Made by a program: the position numbers and the translations under genes
Notes under the pieces: model-generated
Database searches by the model: none
Told to the model about the DNA's origin: nothing
What the model saw: only the letters and a program-made list of their open reading frames with translations
Shown here: positions 1 through 9,506 of the stretch, in pieces
Layout: every line of letters begins with the position of its first letter
How positions within the stretch are numbered: the first letter of the stretch is position 1
NCBI GenBank assembly: GCA_021802585.1
Contig: JAJZRQ010000001.1
Span: forward strand, 11,234 to 75,233
Direction: 5' to 3'
Length of the DNA: 64,000 nucleotides
Source: Chloroflexota bacterium
Lineage (GTDB): Bacteria; Chloroflexota; Limnocylindria; Limnocylindrales; CSP1-4

Positions 1-632
1 AGCGCGCGGCGGACGTCCGCGAGGACCACCTCCGGCGGCAGCGAGCGCTCCGGGCCGCGCGCCCGGGGGATGATGCAGTACGTGCAGTGGAAGCTGCAGC
101 CGTCCTGGACCTTCACGTAGGCGCGTGTCCGGTCGATCCGGGCCCGGTCGTCCGCGACGCCCTCGACCTCGACGCCGGCGAGCGTCGGCAGGGCCGCGTC
201 GAGCGGGCCGTGGGGAGCGTGGTTCGCCGCCGCGGGCATCCCCAGCAGGCGCTCGACCTCGGCGAGGAGGCCGTCCTTCTCCTCGTTCGCCACGAGCCGC
301 GCGGCGGGATCGACCGCGGCGAGCGTCGCCCCGCCGACCTGCACGGAGCAGCCGGTCACGATCACCGCGGCGTCGGGGCTCGCCCGCCGGGCCCGTCGGA
401 CGGCCTTGCGCGACTTGTCGTCCGCGACCGCGGTCACGGTGCAGGTGTTCACCACGTGGAGGTCGGCCGTGGCCCCGTCCTCCGCGATCTCCACGCCGCG
501 GACGCGGAGGAGTCGTTCGACCGCATCCATCTCGGACTGGTTCACCTTGCAGCCCAGGTTCGTGATGGCCGCCCGCCGGATGGGCCGGGATGGAACGGCG
601 GGAAGCGGGAAGGCCGGCGACGGCTCGGTCAC
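1..632 (-). CDS. mtaB: tRNA methylthiotransferase MtaB (MiaB/RimO radical SAM family), 3' end runs off the window
   Basis: Manual minus-strand translation from GTG 632: AITNLGCKVNQSEMD, VVNTCTVT and RTRAYVKVQDGCSFHCTYCIIPRARG (CxxxCxxC); lies downstream of dnaJ-prmA. Not in ORF track. Confidence 0.88.
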   Translation of the reverse strand, partial: MTEPSPAFPLPAVPSRPIRRAAITNLGCKVNQSEMDAVERLLRVRGVEIAEDGATADLHVVNTCTVTAVADDKSRKAVRRARRASPDAAVIVTGCSVQVGGATLAAVDPAARLVANEEKDGLLAEVERLLGMPAAANHAPHGPLDAALPTLAGVEVEGVADDRARIDRTRAYVKVQDGCSFHCTYCIIPRARGPERSLPPEVVLADVRRA

Positions 633-868
633 TCGGCTCACCAGGGGGCCGCGAGGAAGTGGGCGGAGAGCGGGGCGAGGTTTGTCATCACGTCGGAGGT
701 GCGGCCCGCCGGCGGGGCAGCCGCGGTCGGGTACCGGGCCAAAGATCGTAGCGCAGCCGTGCCGAACGGCCATTCCGGAGGCCGGCGCGGCGAGCGTACG
801 GTGGCTCGAGCGTCCCGGCGGAGCCATCGGCGACCGGGGACGTCGCGCCGTCGGGTGAGAGGGACTGA

Positions 869-1603
869 TTGGTGACTTCTCGCTTCCGTCGGCCTCGCCT
901 CCTGGTGCTGAGCGCGGCCGCGCTCCTCCTGCTGATCGCGTTCGCTGGAACGGTGCGCGCCGCCGACCCGCCCGCGGGCGCGGCGATCACCGGGCCATGC
1001 ACGCTCACGGCGACCTCGACCGGGAGGTCCGGCGAGCAGCTCGACACCCTCACGGGTCCTGGGACGAGTGATCCGAACAACCCGTTCGACGTCGACCCGA
1101 AGGGCAGCGTCGCGTGGGCGGGGACCGGCCCCGCGATCACGAGCGGCACCTACCAGCTGACGATCTACGGCCTCCCCATCTGGTCGGGCGACGTCAACAA
1201 CACGGAGGGCAAGACCAGCGCCGACGGCGTCCTCGACCTCGGGGACGTGCTGCCGATCGATGTCGCAGGCGTGGTGGAGGTCGGGGGCAGCATCAGCGGC
1301 ACGGGCGGCTCCTGCAGTGGCAGTGCCTGGATCCGGCTCGGCGGCGACCCGCTGACGTCGATCCCGGGGATGGTCGGGATCGGGGCCGGGATCCTCGGTC
1401 TGGTCGGCGTCCTGAGCGCCGTCCCGGGCCGTCACCCGTTCCGCGGTCTCCTGTTCGGCCTCGTCCTGGGCCTCGGCGGAGGGATCCTGGCGGTCGTCTT
1501 CGGCGTCGTGCCGATCGGCGCGCTCAGCCCGCTCGTCGCCCTCGGCGGCGGCGGGGTCATCGGGCTGGTGCTCGGCTTCCTGCCGATCGGCGGGTCCGCG
1601 TAG
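869..1603 (+). CDS. hypothetical exported/membrane protein (signal peptide, beta-rich domain with 2 Cys, about 3 C-terminal TM helices)
   Basis: ORF with GAGGGA SD, hydrophobic N-terminus ending VRA-AD, hydrophobic C-terminus. Confidence 0.75.
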   Translation: MVTSRFRRPRLLVLSAAALLLLIAFAGTVRAADPPAGAAITGPCTLTATSTGRSGEQLDTLTGPGTSDPNNPFDVDPKGSVAWAGTGPAITSGTYQLTIYGLPIWSGDVNNTEGKTSADGVLDLGDVLPIDVAGVVEVGGSISGTGGSCSGSAWIRLGGDPLTSIPGMVGIGAGILGLVGVLSAVPGRHPFRGLLFGLVLGLGGGILAVVFGVVPIGALSPLVALGGGGVIGLVLGFLPIGGSA

Positions 1604-1610
1604 AGCAGGC

Positions 1611-2639
1611 TCAGCGCTCTCCCCGCTCCGCCTCCAGGGCCACCCAGTCACCCTCGGCCTCGCGGCGGAGGACGCGGAGGCCGGCACCCTCGAGGGCCTG
1701 CCGCACGGCGGCCTCGCGGTCGACGAAGATGCCCGAGGCGAGGAGCCGGCCGCCGGGCCGCAGCTCGGCCGCGAGGTCGGCGGCGAGCGTCGCGAGGAGC
1801 GAGGCGATGAGGTTCGCGGCGACGAGGTCGAACGGCCCCGCGCCGCTCGGGAGCGAGCCCCGCCGGGCGCGGAGGCGCCGCGCGACCCGGTTCCGGCGAG
1901 CATTCGCGAGCGTCGCCTCCACGGCGATCGGGTCCGGGTCGACCCCGAGCAGCTCCCCCGCGCCGAGGAGTCCGGCGGCGATCGCGAGGATCCCCGAGCC
2001 GCACCCGACGTCGAGGAGGCGCGCGGTCCCGTCGCGGGCCCCGCCGCGGGCGAGCAGGCCCTCGTCCGCCCAGCGCTCGATCCCCGCGAGGCAGAGGCGA
2101 GTCGTCGGGTGGAGGCCCGTCCCGAACGCCATCCCGGGGTCCATCGCGAGGACGGTGTCACCGGCGCGGCGGCGGTGGCGGCGCCACGTCGGCCGGATGA
2201 CGATCCCGTGCCCGACCCGGAGCACGCCGACGTGGCGCTTCCACGCCGACGCCCAGTCGGCCTCGTGGACGACCCGGGTCCGCAGCTCCCCGATCTCCCG
2301 CAGCCCGAACGCCTGGAGGTGGCCGAGGGCCCGCTCGACCGCGGCGGCCGAGGCGCGCGCGGGGCCCGCGTCGCGCGCCGGCAGGTATGCCCGCACGGTC
2401 GCCGGGGCGGCCGGGTCGACCGCCGCGCCGAGGCCCTCGTCGACGAGGGTGAAGCCGGGCTCGACGCTCACGCCACCCGGGGCGATGCGCGCGAAGATCT
2501 CGCTCACCGCCTCGACCGCCTCGGGGTCACAGGTGACGGCAAGCTCGAGCCACGCATCGGCGCCGGGATCGCCTCCGGCCCCCGTCCCACCCGCGGCGGG
2601 CGCCGCGCCGCCGGGGGACCTCGCCCCCGGGCTCCTCAT
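1611..2639 (-). CDS. prmA: ribosomal protein L11 methyltransferase
   Basis: DWASAWKRH, MDPGMAFGTGLHPTT, LLDVGCGSGIL, FDLVAANL; ATG overlaps dnaJ stop (ATGA). Confidence 0.95.
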   Translation of the reverse strand: MRSPGARSPGGAAPAAGGTGAGGDPGADAWLELAVTCDPEAVEAVSEIFARIAPGGVSVEPGFTLVDEGLGAAVDPAAPATVRAYLPARDAGPARASAAAVERALGHLQAFGLREIGELRTRVVHEADWASAWKRHVGVLRVGHGIVIRPTWRRHRRRAGDTVLAMDPGMAFGTGLHPTTRLCLAGIERWADEGLLARGGARDGTARLLDVGCGSGILAIAAGLLGAGELLGVDPDPIAVEATLANARRNRVARRLRARRGSLPSGAGPFDLVAANLIASLLATLAADLAAELRPGGRLLASGIFVDREAAVRQALEGAGLRVLRREAEGDWVALEAERGER

Positions 2640-3763
2640 CCGAGGGCGTCCTTGATCCGGTCGATGACCCCGCCCTTGCCCGTCCCGATGTTCGCCTCGC
2701 CGGACGCCGCGGCGAACGCCTCGAGGGCCTGCCGCTGCTCCCGGCTGAGGCGGGTGGGGACCGTCACGTCGACGAGGACGTGGAGGTCGCCGCGGGCGCC
2801 GGGGCGGCGGAGGTGTGGGGCGCCGCGGCCGCGGAGGCGGATCTCGGTCCCCGGCTGGGTGCCGGCCTTGATCTCGAGGTCCTCCTCGCCGTCCGCGGTC
2901 GGCACGCGGACCGTCGTCCCGAGGGCGGCCTGGGCGATCGAGAGGTCGAGCTCGTGGTACAGCTCCGTCCCCTCGCGGCGGAGCTGCGGGTGGGCCGCGA
3001 CGTGGATCGCGACGTAGAGGCTCCCCGGAGGCCCCCCGCGCGGGCCGGCCTCCCCCTCCGCGGAGAGCCGGATCTGGTGCCCGTCGTCGATGCCGGCCGG
3101 GATGCTCACGCGGAGCCGCTTCGACCGCTGCTTCCGCCCGTCGCCGCCGCAGTCGGCGCATGGCGCCTCGACCACCTTGCCCTCGCCCCGGCAGCGGGGG
3201 CAGGTCACGACGTTCACCATCTGGCCGAGCATCGTCTGGCGGGCGTGGCGGACCTCGCCGCGGCCGCCGCACTGGGGGCAGGCCCGGGGCTCCGTGCCCG
3301 GCTTCGCCCCGCTCCCCGAGCACGTGGGGCAGCGGTCGAGGACCGGGAACTCGATCTCCTTCTCCGTGCCCCGGATCGACTCCTCGAACGTGATCCGCAG
3401 GTCGTAGCGGAGGTCCGAGCCGACCGCGGGGCGCCCGCGCCGGACGCCGCCCGCGGCGCCGCCGCCGAAGAATGCGTCGAAGAGGTCGGAGAACGCCCCG
3501 AAGCCGCCCGCGGCGCCCGGGTCGAAGCCGCCGGCCCCGCCGACGCCGGCCTGCCCGAACAGGTCGTACGCCTGGCGGCGCTGGGGGTCCGAGAGGATCT
3601 GGTACGCCTCGTTGATCTCCTTGAACCGCTCGTCGGCGCTGGCGTCGCGGTTGACGTCCGGGTGCCACTGCTGGGCGAGCTTCCGGAACGCGCGCTTGAT
3701 GTCCGCCTCGGAGGCGCCGCGCTCGACGCCGAGGATGTCGTAGTAGTCGCGCTGGGTCGTCAT
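2636..3763 (-). CDS. dnaJ: chaperone DnaJ
   Basis: J domain with HPD, G/F region, four CxxCxGxG repeats. Confidence 0.98.
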   Translation of the reverse strand: MTTQRDYYDILGVERGASEADIKRAFRKLAQQWHPDVNRDASADERFKEINEAYQILSDPQRRQAYDLFGQAGVGGAGGFDPGAAGGFGAFSDLFDAFFGGGAAGGVRRGRPAVGSDLRYDLRITFEESIRGTEKEIEFPVLDRCPTCSGSGAKPGTEPRACPQCGGRGEVRHARQTMLGQMVNVVTCPRCRGEGKVVEAPCADCGGDGRKQRSKRLRVSIPAGIDDGHQIRLSAEGEAGPRGGPPGSLYVAIHVAAHPQLRREGTELYHELDLSIAQAALGTTVRVPTADGEEDLEIKAGTQPGTEIRLRGRGAPHLRRPGARGDLHVLVDVTVPTRLSREQRQALEAFAAASGEANIGTGKGGVIDRIKDALG

Positions 3764-3797
3764 GGGCGAGGGAAGTGTACGGGGAGCGCCCTCGGCG

Positions 3798-4619
3798 TCA
3801 GTCGGGCGGCGCCGCGGGGTCGCCGCCGGCGGCGAGGGCGGCGCCGATGATCCCGGCCGTGTTGAGGAAGCGGGCCGTGACGATCGGGGCCCGGGACTTC
3901 AGCCAGCGGGCGTACTTCGCGTGCTCCTTGCTCACCCCGCCGCCGAGGATGATGAGGTCTGGCCAGAACCATGCCTCGAGGAGGGCCAGGAACTCCGAGA
4001 ACTCGCCGGCCCAGCGCCGCCAGCCGATCCCGCGCCGCTCGCGGGCCGAACCCGAGATCCACTGCTCGGCGTCCCTGCGGCGGAACGTCACGTGGCCGAA
4101 CTCCGTCGAATCGAGGAGCGTTCCGTCGATGAGGAGGGCGCTCCCGATCCCGGTCCCGATCGTGAGGAGGAGGACGGTCCCGGCCACGGCCTTTGCCGCC
4201 CCGAAGGCGACCTCCGCGAGGCCGGCCGCGTCGGCGTCGTTCACGAGGCGGACGGGGCGGCCGAGGCGCGCCTCGAGCGCCTCCCGGCCAGCGAACCCGA
4301 CCCAGCTCCGGTCGATGTTCGCGGCGGTGAGGAGGCGGCCGTCCTTCACGACGCCGGGGAGGCCGACCCCGGCCGGCATCGCCGCGTCGAGGTACCCATC
4401 GGCCGCCAGCTCGTCGAGGATCGCCCCGATGACCTCGATGACGGCCGTCGGGGTCGCCGGCTGCGGCGTCTTCTGGCGGATGCGGGGCGAGACGAGCTCG
4501 CCCGTGGCGAGGTCGACGACGGCGGCTTTCACCCCCGTCCCGCCGACGTCGATGCCGATCGCGCGGCGGTGCGCGGAGGCGGGATCTGCGGGGGGCGGCG
4601 TCGCGGCGGGCTCGCTCAT
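3798..4619 (-). CDS. ppgK: ROK family polyphosphate/ATP glucokinase
   Basis: IGIDVGGTGVKAAVVD, TAANID, VNDADAAGLAE, TIGTGIGSAL, IILGGGVSK, NTAGIIGAA. Confidence 0.85.
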   Translation of the reverse strand: MSEPAATPPPADPASAHRRAIGIDVGGTGVKAAVVDLATGELVSPRIRQKTPQPATPTAVIEVIGAILDELAADGYLDAAMPAGVGLPGVVKDGRLLTAANIDRSWVGFAGREALEARLGRPVRLVNDADAAGLAEVAFGAAKAVAGTVLLLTIGTGIGSALLIDGTLLDSTEFGHVTFRRRDAEQWISGSARERRGIGWRRWAGEFSEFLALLEAWFWPDLIILGGGVSKEHAKYARWLKSRAPIVTARFLNTAGIIGAALAAGGDPAAPPD

Positions 4620-4638
4620 GGCCGCAGGATAGCGCGGC

Positions 4639-7600
4639 TCAGTCGATCGTCGCGCGGCGGCGCACGGCGGCGCGGACGGCGAGGCCGAGGACGACCGCGA
4701 GAAGCGCCCCGACTCCGACGACGACCGGCGCCGGCACGCCGTCGCCGGGCGTCGCACCGGCCCCCGGCCCCCTTCCCGGCATCGCCGAGGGCGGCGCGGC
4801 GACCGTGACGGCGACGGTCGCCGCGGGCCCCACGTTGCCGGCCGCGTCGACGGCCCGGACCGCGTAGACGCGGGGGCCCGCCGCGGCGTCCGCGTCGACG
4901 AGCTCCACGTCCGCCGGCTCGCCGACGACCGCGGAGGGGCCGTCGGCGAACGGCGCCCGCTCGACCCGGTATCCCGCGGCGCCGGCGACGGGCTGCCAGG
5001 CGAGCCGGACCCCGCCGCCGGCCGCCGCCGTGAGGCCGATGGGCGCGGCGGGCGCGACGAGATCCGCTCCCGGCTCCGGCACGAGGATCGCGGCCCCGAG
5101 CGCCGGGAGCGTCACGCGAAGCTCCCCGGCCGCGCTCGTCGCCGGGGCCGCGAGCGTGCCCGCCCGGTCAACGAAGCGGATTCCGTCCGGCACGGGGACC
5201 CCCGGGCCCCGCGCGTCGGCGAGCGGGACGGCGATCGTCGCGCTTCGCAGGGGGTCCGGGTTGATGGCCACGACGGCGAGGCCGCCGGCCGCGTCGTGGC
5301 GCGAGAAGGCGAGCGTCCGGTCGCGGTCGTTCGCGACGAGGAACGCGACGTCGCCGTCGCGGAGGACCGCGAGCTCGCGGCGCGCGGTCGCGAGGTCGCG
5401 GTACCAGGCGTGGAGCGCGGCGTCCGCCGACGCGGGGAGCGACCCGTCCGGGCCGAGGACGGGGAACGGCCGCCGGTCGTCCGGGTCGTCGGCACCGGTC
5501 ATCCCGACCTCGTCGCCGTAGTAGATCGTCGGCGCGCCCGGGAGGGTGAACTGGAGGAGGCTGGCGAGGCGGAGACGCGCCTTCCCGAGCGCGAGGTTCG
5601 GCGGCTCCTCGCGGTCCTTCGGCTCGCCCGGCGTGAGCGACCAGAGGATCCGCTCGGTATCGTGGGAGTCGAGGAGGTTCCACGTCGTCCGAGCCGCGAA
5701 CGCAGGGTCGTCCTCGAGGATCGAGAGGAGCTTCCGGACGAGGAGGCTCGGCGGCTGCTCGCTGGCGCCGGCGTCCGGGAAGCCCTCGCGGTCGATCGTG
5801 CCGAGGTACCCCGTCACGGCGTTCCGGAAGCGGTAGCCCATCGTCGTGTCGGCCGTGTCGCCGCGGATCTTCGGGAGGACCTGGTCGCGCTGCCAGAGCT
5901 CGCCGACGATCGCGGCCTGGGGGTCGGTCGCCTTCACCGCCGCCCGGAACCCCTGCCAGAACCCGTCCGGGAAGCTGGCGTCCATCATCACGTCGAGGCG
6001 CCAGCCGGACGCGCCGTCTCGGAGCCAGCGGCGGGCGATCGCGTCGTCGCCCGCGTCGACGAGGTCGCGCACCCCCGCATCCGTCTTCACGAGGACCGGC
6101 AGCGACGCGTACCCGGACCATGCCACGTAGTCCATCGTGTGCGGCCCGTCGGGGCCGGCGCACGGCCCGCCGGCGGCGGCCCGGAACGTGAACCACGACC
6201 GGTACGGCGAGTCGACGCTCTCGCAGGCGCCCGGCGCGCCGGCGAAGTGCCCGTACCGGTCGAAGAGCGGCGAGTCGGAGCTGACGTGGTTGAAGACCCC
6301 GTCGAGGACGATTCGGATCCCCCGCGCCCGCGCCGCGGCGACGAGCGCCTCCCAGTCGGCCGCGGTCCCGAACCGGGGATCGATCACCGTGTAGTCGCGG
6401 GTGTCGTACCCGTGGTTCGAGGCCGCCGCGAAGATGGGGTTGAGGTAGAGGACGTCGACGCCGAGGTCGGCGAGGTACGGCAGGCTCTGCCGGATGCCGG
6501 CGAGGTCGCCGCCGAACCAGTCGCGGCCGCGTCCGGGGGATTCGGGGAGCTCGTCCCAGGCCCGTCGCTCGCTGCGGTCGGCCGCGTCGGCCGGCCAGGC
6601 GTAGCGCGGCGCGTCGACGTCGGCGTCGTTCGCCGGGTCGCCGTTCCGGAAGCGGTCGGGGAAGACCTGGTAGACCACGGCGCCGTCGAGCCAGGGGATC
6701 GGCTCCACCCCGGGGACGTGGACGGTGACGATGTACCCGGTGTCCGCCGCGGTCCGCGTCGTCGCCCCGCGGCCGCCGTCGAGCCGCGCGTCGTCGGCGT
6801 AGTAGGAGCGCGCGTCGCCGTCGGCGACCTCGAAGCGGTACGCGAGGGTCGTCGGGTCCGGCGGCACGACCGTCGCCTCCCACCAGTCGCACGGTGCCAC
6901 GACGTCGACCGGCGCCTCCCCGCACGTCGCCGGCCCGGCGATCCGCTCCATCGCCGTTCGGGTCCGGCGGTTCGTGACGGCGTCGCGGACGACGAGGTCG
7001 ACGCCGGTCGCATCGGCGTGGAAGGTCCGGAACCGGAGGCGGATCGGGCTCCCCGCCGGCGACGCCCCGGCCGGCGACCGGTACGCGAGGTCGCGGCTGT
7101 CGTGGGCGAACCCGAGCGGGTCGAGGCGGCCGTCGACGGCGGGCGGGCCGGCGGCGAACGCCGACGCCGTTCCGGCGCGGGCGTCGAACGCGACCTCCAC
7201 GGCCCCGGCGATGCCGGCGGGCTCCGTCTCCACCTCCACGGCCCGGCCGCCCCCCGTGACGACCCGGAGGCAGCCCCCGGCGGCAACCTCGAGAACCGCC
7301 GTCGCCACGCCGTCCCCGTCGGGATCGAACAGCGTTCGCGCCGGCTCGAGGGGCGGTGAGGCCGGCGGCGGGGCGCCCGGCGCGCACGGCCCGGGCGCGT
7401 CCGCGACCCACCCGAACGCGTCGTCCGTCGAGGCCGCCGCGGTGACCCGCCGCGTGTCGAAGGCGAACGTCACCGCGCGCGGCGACCCGAGCTGGAGGAC
7501 CCGGTCATCGCCGTCGGCCCGCGTCCCCACCCCCACGGATCGGCCCGCGTCGCCCGCCGGCGCAACCCGCCAGTGCCACTCCCCGGCCGGCACGAGGAGG

Positions 7601-7818
7601 GTCACGGCGTGGACGTCGCCCCCGACGGTCGGCATCGCGGTCGCCGCGCAGCCGGCGTCCCACGCGGCGCACGCCCCGCCCGACACGACCGGCTCGAACG
7701 TGCCGATGAGGACGGGGGGTGCCGGCGGGACCCCCGCGGCGGTCGGGCCGGGCGCGGGCGAGGCCGCGACGAGGAGGAGCGGGGCGGCGGCGAGGAGGGC
7801 CCAGGGCGAACGGCGCAT
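4639..7818 (-). CDS. secreted, membrane-anchored GH13 amylopullulanase/neopullulanase-like alpha-amylase
   Basis: Signal peptide MRRSPWALL; YQVFPDRF, GGDLAGI, LYLNPIF, NHGYDT, LDGVFNH, GWRLDV, VGELW, LLDSHD (Asp/Glu/Asp triad), YYGDEVG; FN3-like domain and C-terminal TM helix. Confidence 0.9.
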   Translation of the reverse strand: MRRSPWALLAAAPLLLVAASPAPGPTAAGVPPAPPVLIGTFEPVVSGGACAAWDAGCAATAMPTVGGDVHAVTLLVPAGEWHWRVAPAGDAGRSVGVGTRADGDDRVLQLGSPRAVTFAFDTRRVTAAASTDDAFGWVADAPGPCAPGAPPPASPPLEPARTLFDPDGDGVATAVLEVAAGGCLRVVTGGGRAVEVETEPAGIAGAVEVAFDARAGTASAFAAGPPAVDGRLDPLGFAHDSRDLAYRSPAGASPAGSPIRLRFRTFHADATGVDLVVRDAVTNRRTRTAMERIAGPATCGEAPVDVVAPCDWWEATVVPPDPTTLAYRFEVADGDARSYYADDARLDGGRGATTRTAADTGYIVTVHVPGVEPIPWLDGAVVYQVFPDRFRNGDPANDADVDAPRYAWPADAADRSERRAWDELPESPGRGRDWFGGDLAGIRQSLPYLADLGVDVLYLNPIFAAASNHGYDTRDYTVIDPRFGTAADWEALVAAARARGIRIVLDGVFNHVSSDSPLFDRYGHFAGAPGACESVDSPYRSWFTFRAAAGGPCAGPDGPHTMDYVAWSGYASLPVLVKTDAGVRDLVDAGDDAIARRWLRDGASGWRLDVMMDASFPDGFWQGFRAAVKATDPQAAIVGELWQRDQVLPKIRGDTADTTMGYRFRNAVTGYLGTIDREGFPDAGASEQPPSLLVRKLLSILEDDPAFAARTTWNLLDSHDTERILWSLTPGEPKDREEPPNLALGKARLRLASLLQFTLPGAPTIYYGDEVGMTGADDPDDRRPFPVLGPDGSLPASADAALHAWYRDLATARRELAVLRDGDVAFLVANDRDRTLAFSRHDAAGGLAVVAINPDPLRSATIAVPLADARGPGVPVPDGIRFVDRAGTLAAPATSAAGELRVTLPALGAAILVPEPGADLVAPAAPIGLTAAAGGGVRLAWQPVAGAAGYRVERAPFADGPSAVVGEPADVELVDADAAAGPRVYAVRAVDAAGNVGPAATVAVTVAAPPSAMPGRGPGAGATPGDGVPAPVVVGVGALLAVVLGLAVRAAVRRRATID

Positions 7819-7856
7819 CGCCCGGAGGGTACCGCGCGCGGGGCGCGGCCGGTCGG

Positions 7857-8657
7857 CTACTTGAGGAGGAGCCGCTCCAGCCGCCGGGACGTGATCGCGA
7901 GCCCGGCGAGGCCCATCGCCAGCAGGTACACGACGTGGACGAGGAGCCCCGGGCCGACATTCCCCGTCGTGAGCCCGCGGATGAGGTCGACGCCGTGGTA
8001 GAGCGGCGTGAGCTGGACGAGGGTCCGGAGCGGCTCCGGGTACGTCGCGAGCGGGTAGAACGTCGCGCTGAAGAGGAAGAGCGGCAGGATGACGAGCTGG
8101 ACGAGGTCGAAGTCCTGCCACGTCCGCATGAAGCTCGTCGCGGCCATCCCGGCGGCCCCGAAGGCGAAGCCGACGAGGAGCGCCGCGGGGAACGCGAGCG
8201 CCGCCCAGGGCGAGAGCGCCATCCCCAGGGCGACCATGACGACGAGGAACGCCGCGGCGTAGATCCCGCCCCGGATGAGCGCCCAGCCGATCTCCCCGAG
8301 GGCCACGTCGCCGACGCCGACCGGCGTCGAGAGGATCGCGTCGTACGTCTTCGCGTAGTTCAGCTTGAAGAAGACGTTGAACGTCGAGTCGTAGATCGCG
8401 CCGTTCATCGCCGAGCTCGCGAGGAGCGCCGGGGCGACGAACGCCGTGTACGGGATCTCGCGGCCGTCGACCGCCACGCCGCCGACGAGGGCCCCGATCC
8501 CGAGGCCGATCGAGAGGAGGTAGAAGAGCGGCTCGAAGAAGCCCGACACGATGACGAGCCAGCCACGCCGGTAGACGAGGAGGTTCCGCTCGATGAGGAG
8601 GCCGGCGCGGCGGCCGCCGAAGAGGACCGGCGGGGCGACCCGCGCGAGGAGCGTCAT
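7857..8657 (-). CDS. ABC-2 exporter permease (NodJ-like)
   Basis: FEPLFYLL, FVAPALLA, PLFLFSATFYP, TPLYHGV. Confidence 0.9.
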   Translation of the reverse strand: MTLLARVAPPVLFGGRRAGLLIERNLLVYRRGWLVIVSGFFEPLFYLLSIGLGIGALVGGVAVDGREIPYTAFVAPALLASSAMNGAIYDSTFNVFFKLNYAKTYDAILSTPVGVGDVALGEIGWALIRGGIYAAAFLVVMVALGMALSPWAALAFPAALLVGFAFGAAGMAATSFMRTWQDFDLVQLVILPLFLFSATFYPLATYPEPLRTLVQLTPLYHGVDLIRGLTTGNVGPGLLVHVVYLLAMGLAGLAITSRRLERLLLK

Positions 8658-8697
8658 CGGCCGGCCTCCGCGGGCGCGGGCGGAGCGGGGGGCCGCC

Positions 8698-9498
8698 TCA
8701 CCGGACGAGCCTCCGGCGGAACGTGACGAGCGCCGCCGCGACGCCGACTGCCGTCATCGTCCCGAGATAGGCGAGGTGGACGAGGGTCATCGCCGGCTCG
8801 GCGGTCCCGAGGGCGAGGGACCGGCAGAGGTCCACGCCGTGCCAGAGTGGCGTGACGTACGCCAGGGGCTGGAGGAGCGCCGGGAGCTGGGCGACCGGGA
8901 AGAACGTGCCCGAGAAGAGGAAGAGCGGGATGACCCCGAAGCGGAAGAGGGCGTTGAAGCCGTTCGCGTCCTTCTGGGTCGCCGAGAACGCCGCGATCGG
9001 CGCGGCGAAGGCGAGCCCGGTGAGGAGCGCCGCGGGGACCGCGAGGACTGCCGTGGGGCCGGTCACCGCCCCGAAGAGGACGGTGACGACGAAGAAGGCC
9101 GCCGAGACGAGGAGGAGGCGGAGGGCGACGTAGGCGAGCTTGCCGACGACGACGTCGGCCGGCCGGATCGGCGTGGCGATCATCCCGTGGAAGCTCTTCA
9201 CCCAGACGATCCCCGCCATGACCGGGAACGTCGACTCGCCGGCGGCCGTCTGCATCGCGTTCGAGGCGAGGAGCCCCGGCGCGAGGAACGCGAGGTACGA
9301 GAACCCGGTGAGGGCCGCCGCGGAGCCCGACGCCCCGCCGCCACCCGCGGCGTTCGCGTCGACGAGGCTGCCGAGCCCGAGGCCCATCGCCGCGAGGAAG
9401 AGGACCGGCGAGAGGAACGACGAGAAGACGCTCCCCCGCCAGACCCGGCGGTAGACGAGGAGCTCGTGCTCGAGGACCCGGGCCGCGGGCGCCGCCAC
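8698..9498 (-). CDS. ABC-2 exporter permease (NodJ-like)
   Basis: YLAFLAPGLLA, PLFLFSGTFFP, TPLWHGV. Confidence 0.9.
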   Translation of the reverse strand: MAAPAARVLEHELLVYRRVWRGSVFSSFLSPVLFLAAMGLGLGSLVDANAAGGGGASGSAAALTGFSYLAFLAPGLLASNAMQTAAGESTFPVMAGIVWVKSFHGMIATPIRPADVVVGKLAYVALRLLLVSAAFFVVTVLFGAVTGPTAVLAVPAALLTGLAFAAPIAAFSATQKDANGFNALFRFGVIPLFLFSGTFFPVAQLPALLQPLAYVTPLWHGVDLCRSLALGTAEPAMTLVHLAYLGTMTAVGVAAALVTFRRRLVR

Positions 9499-9506
9499 TC
9501 CCGGCC

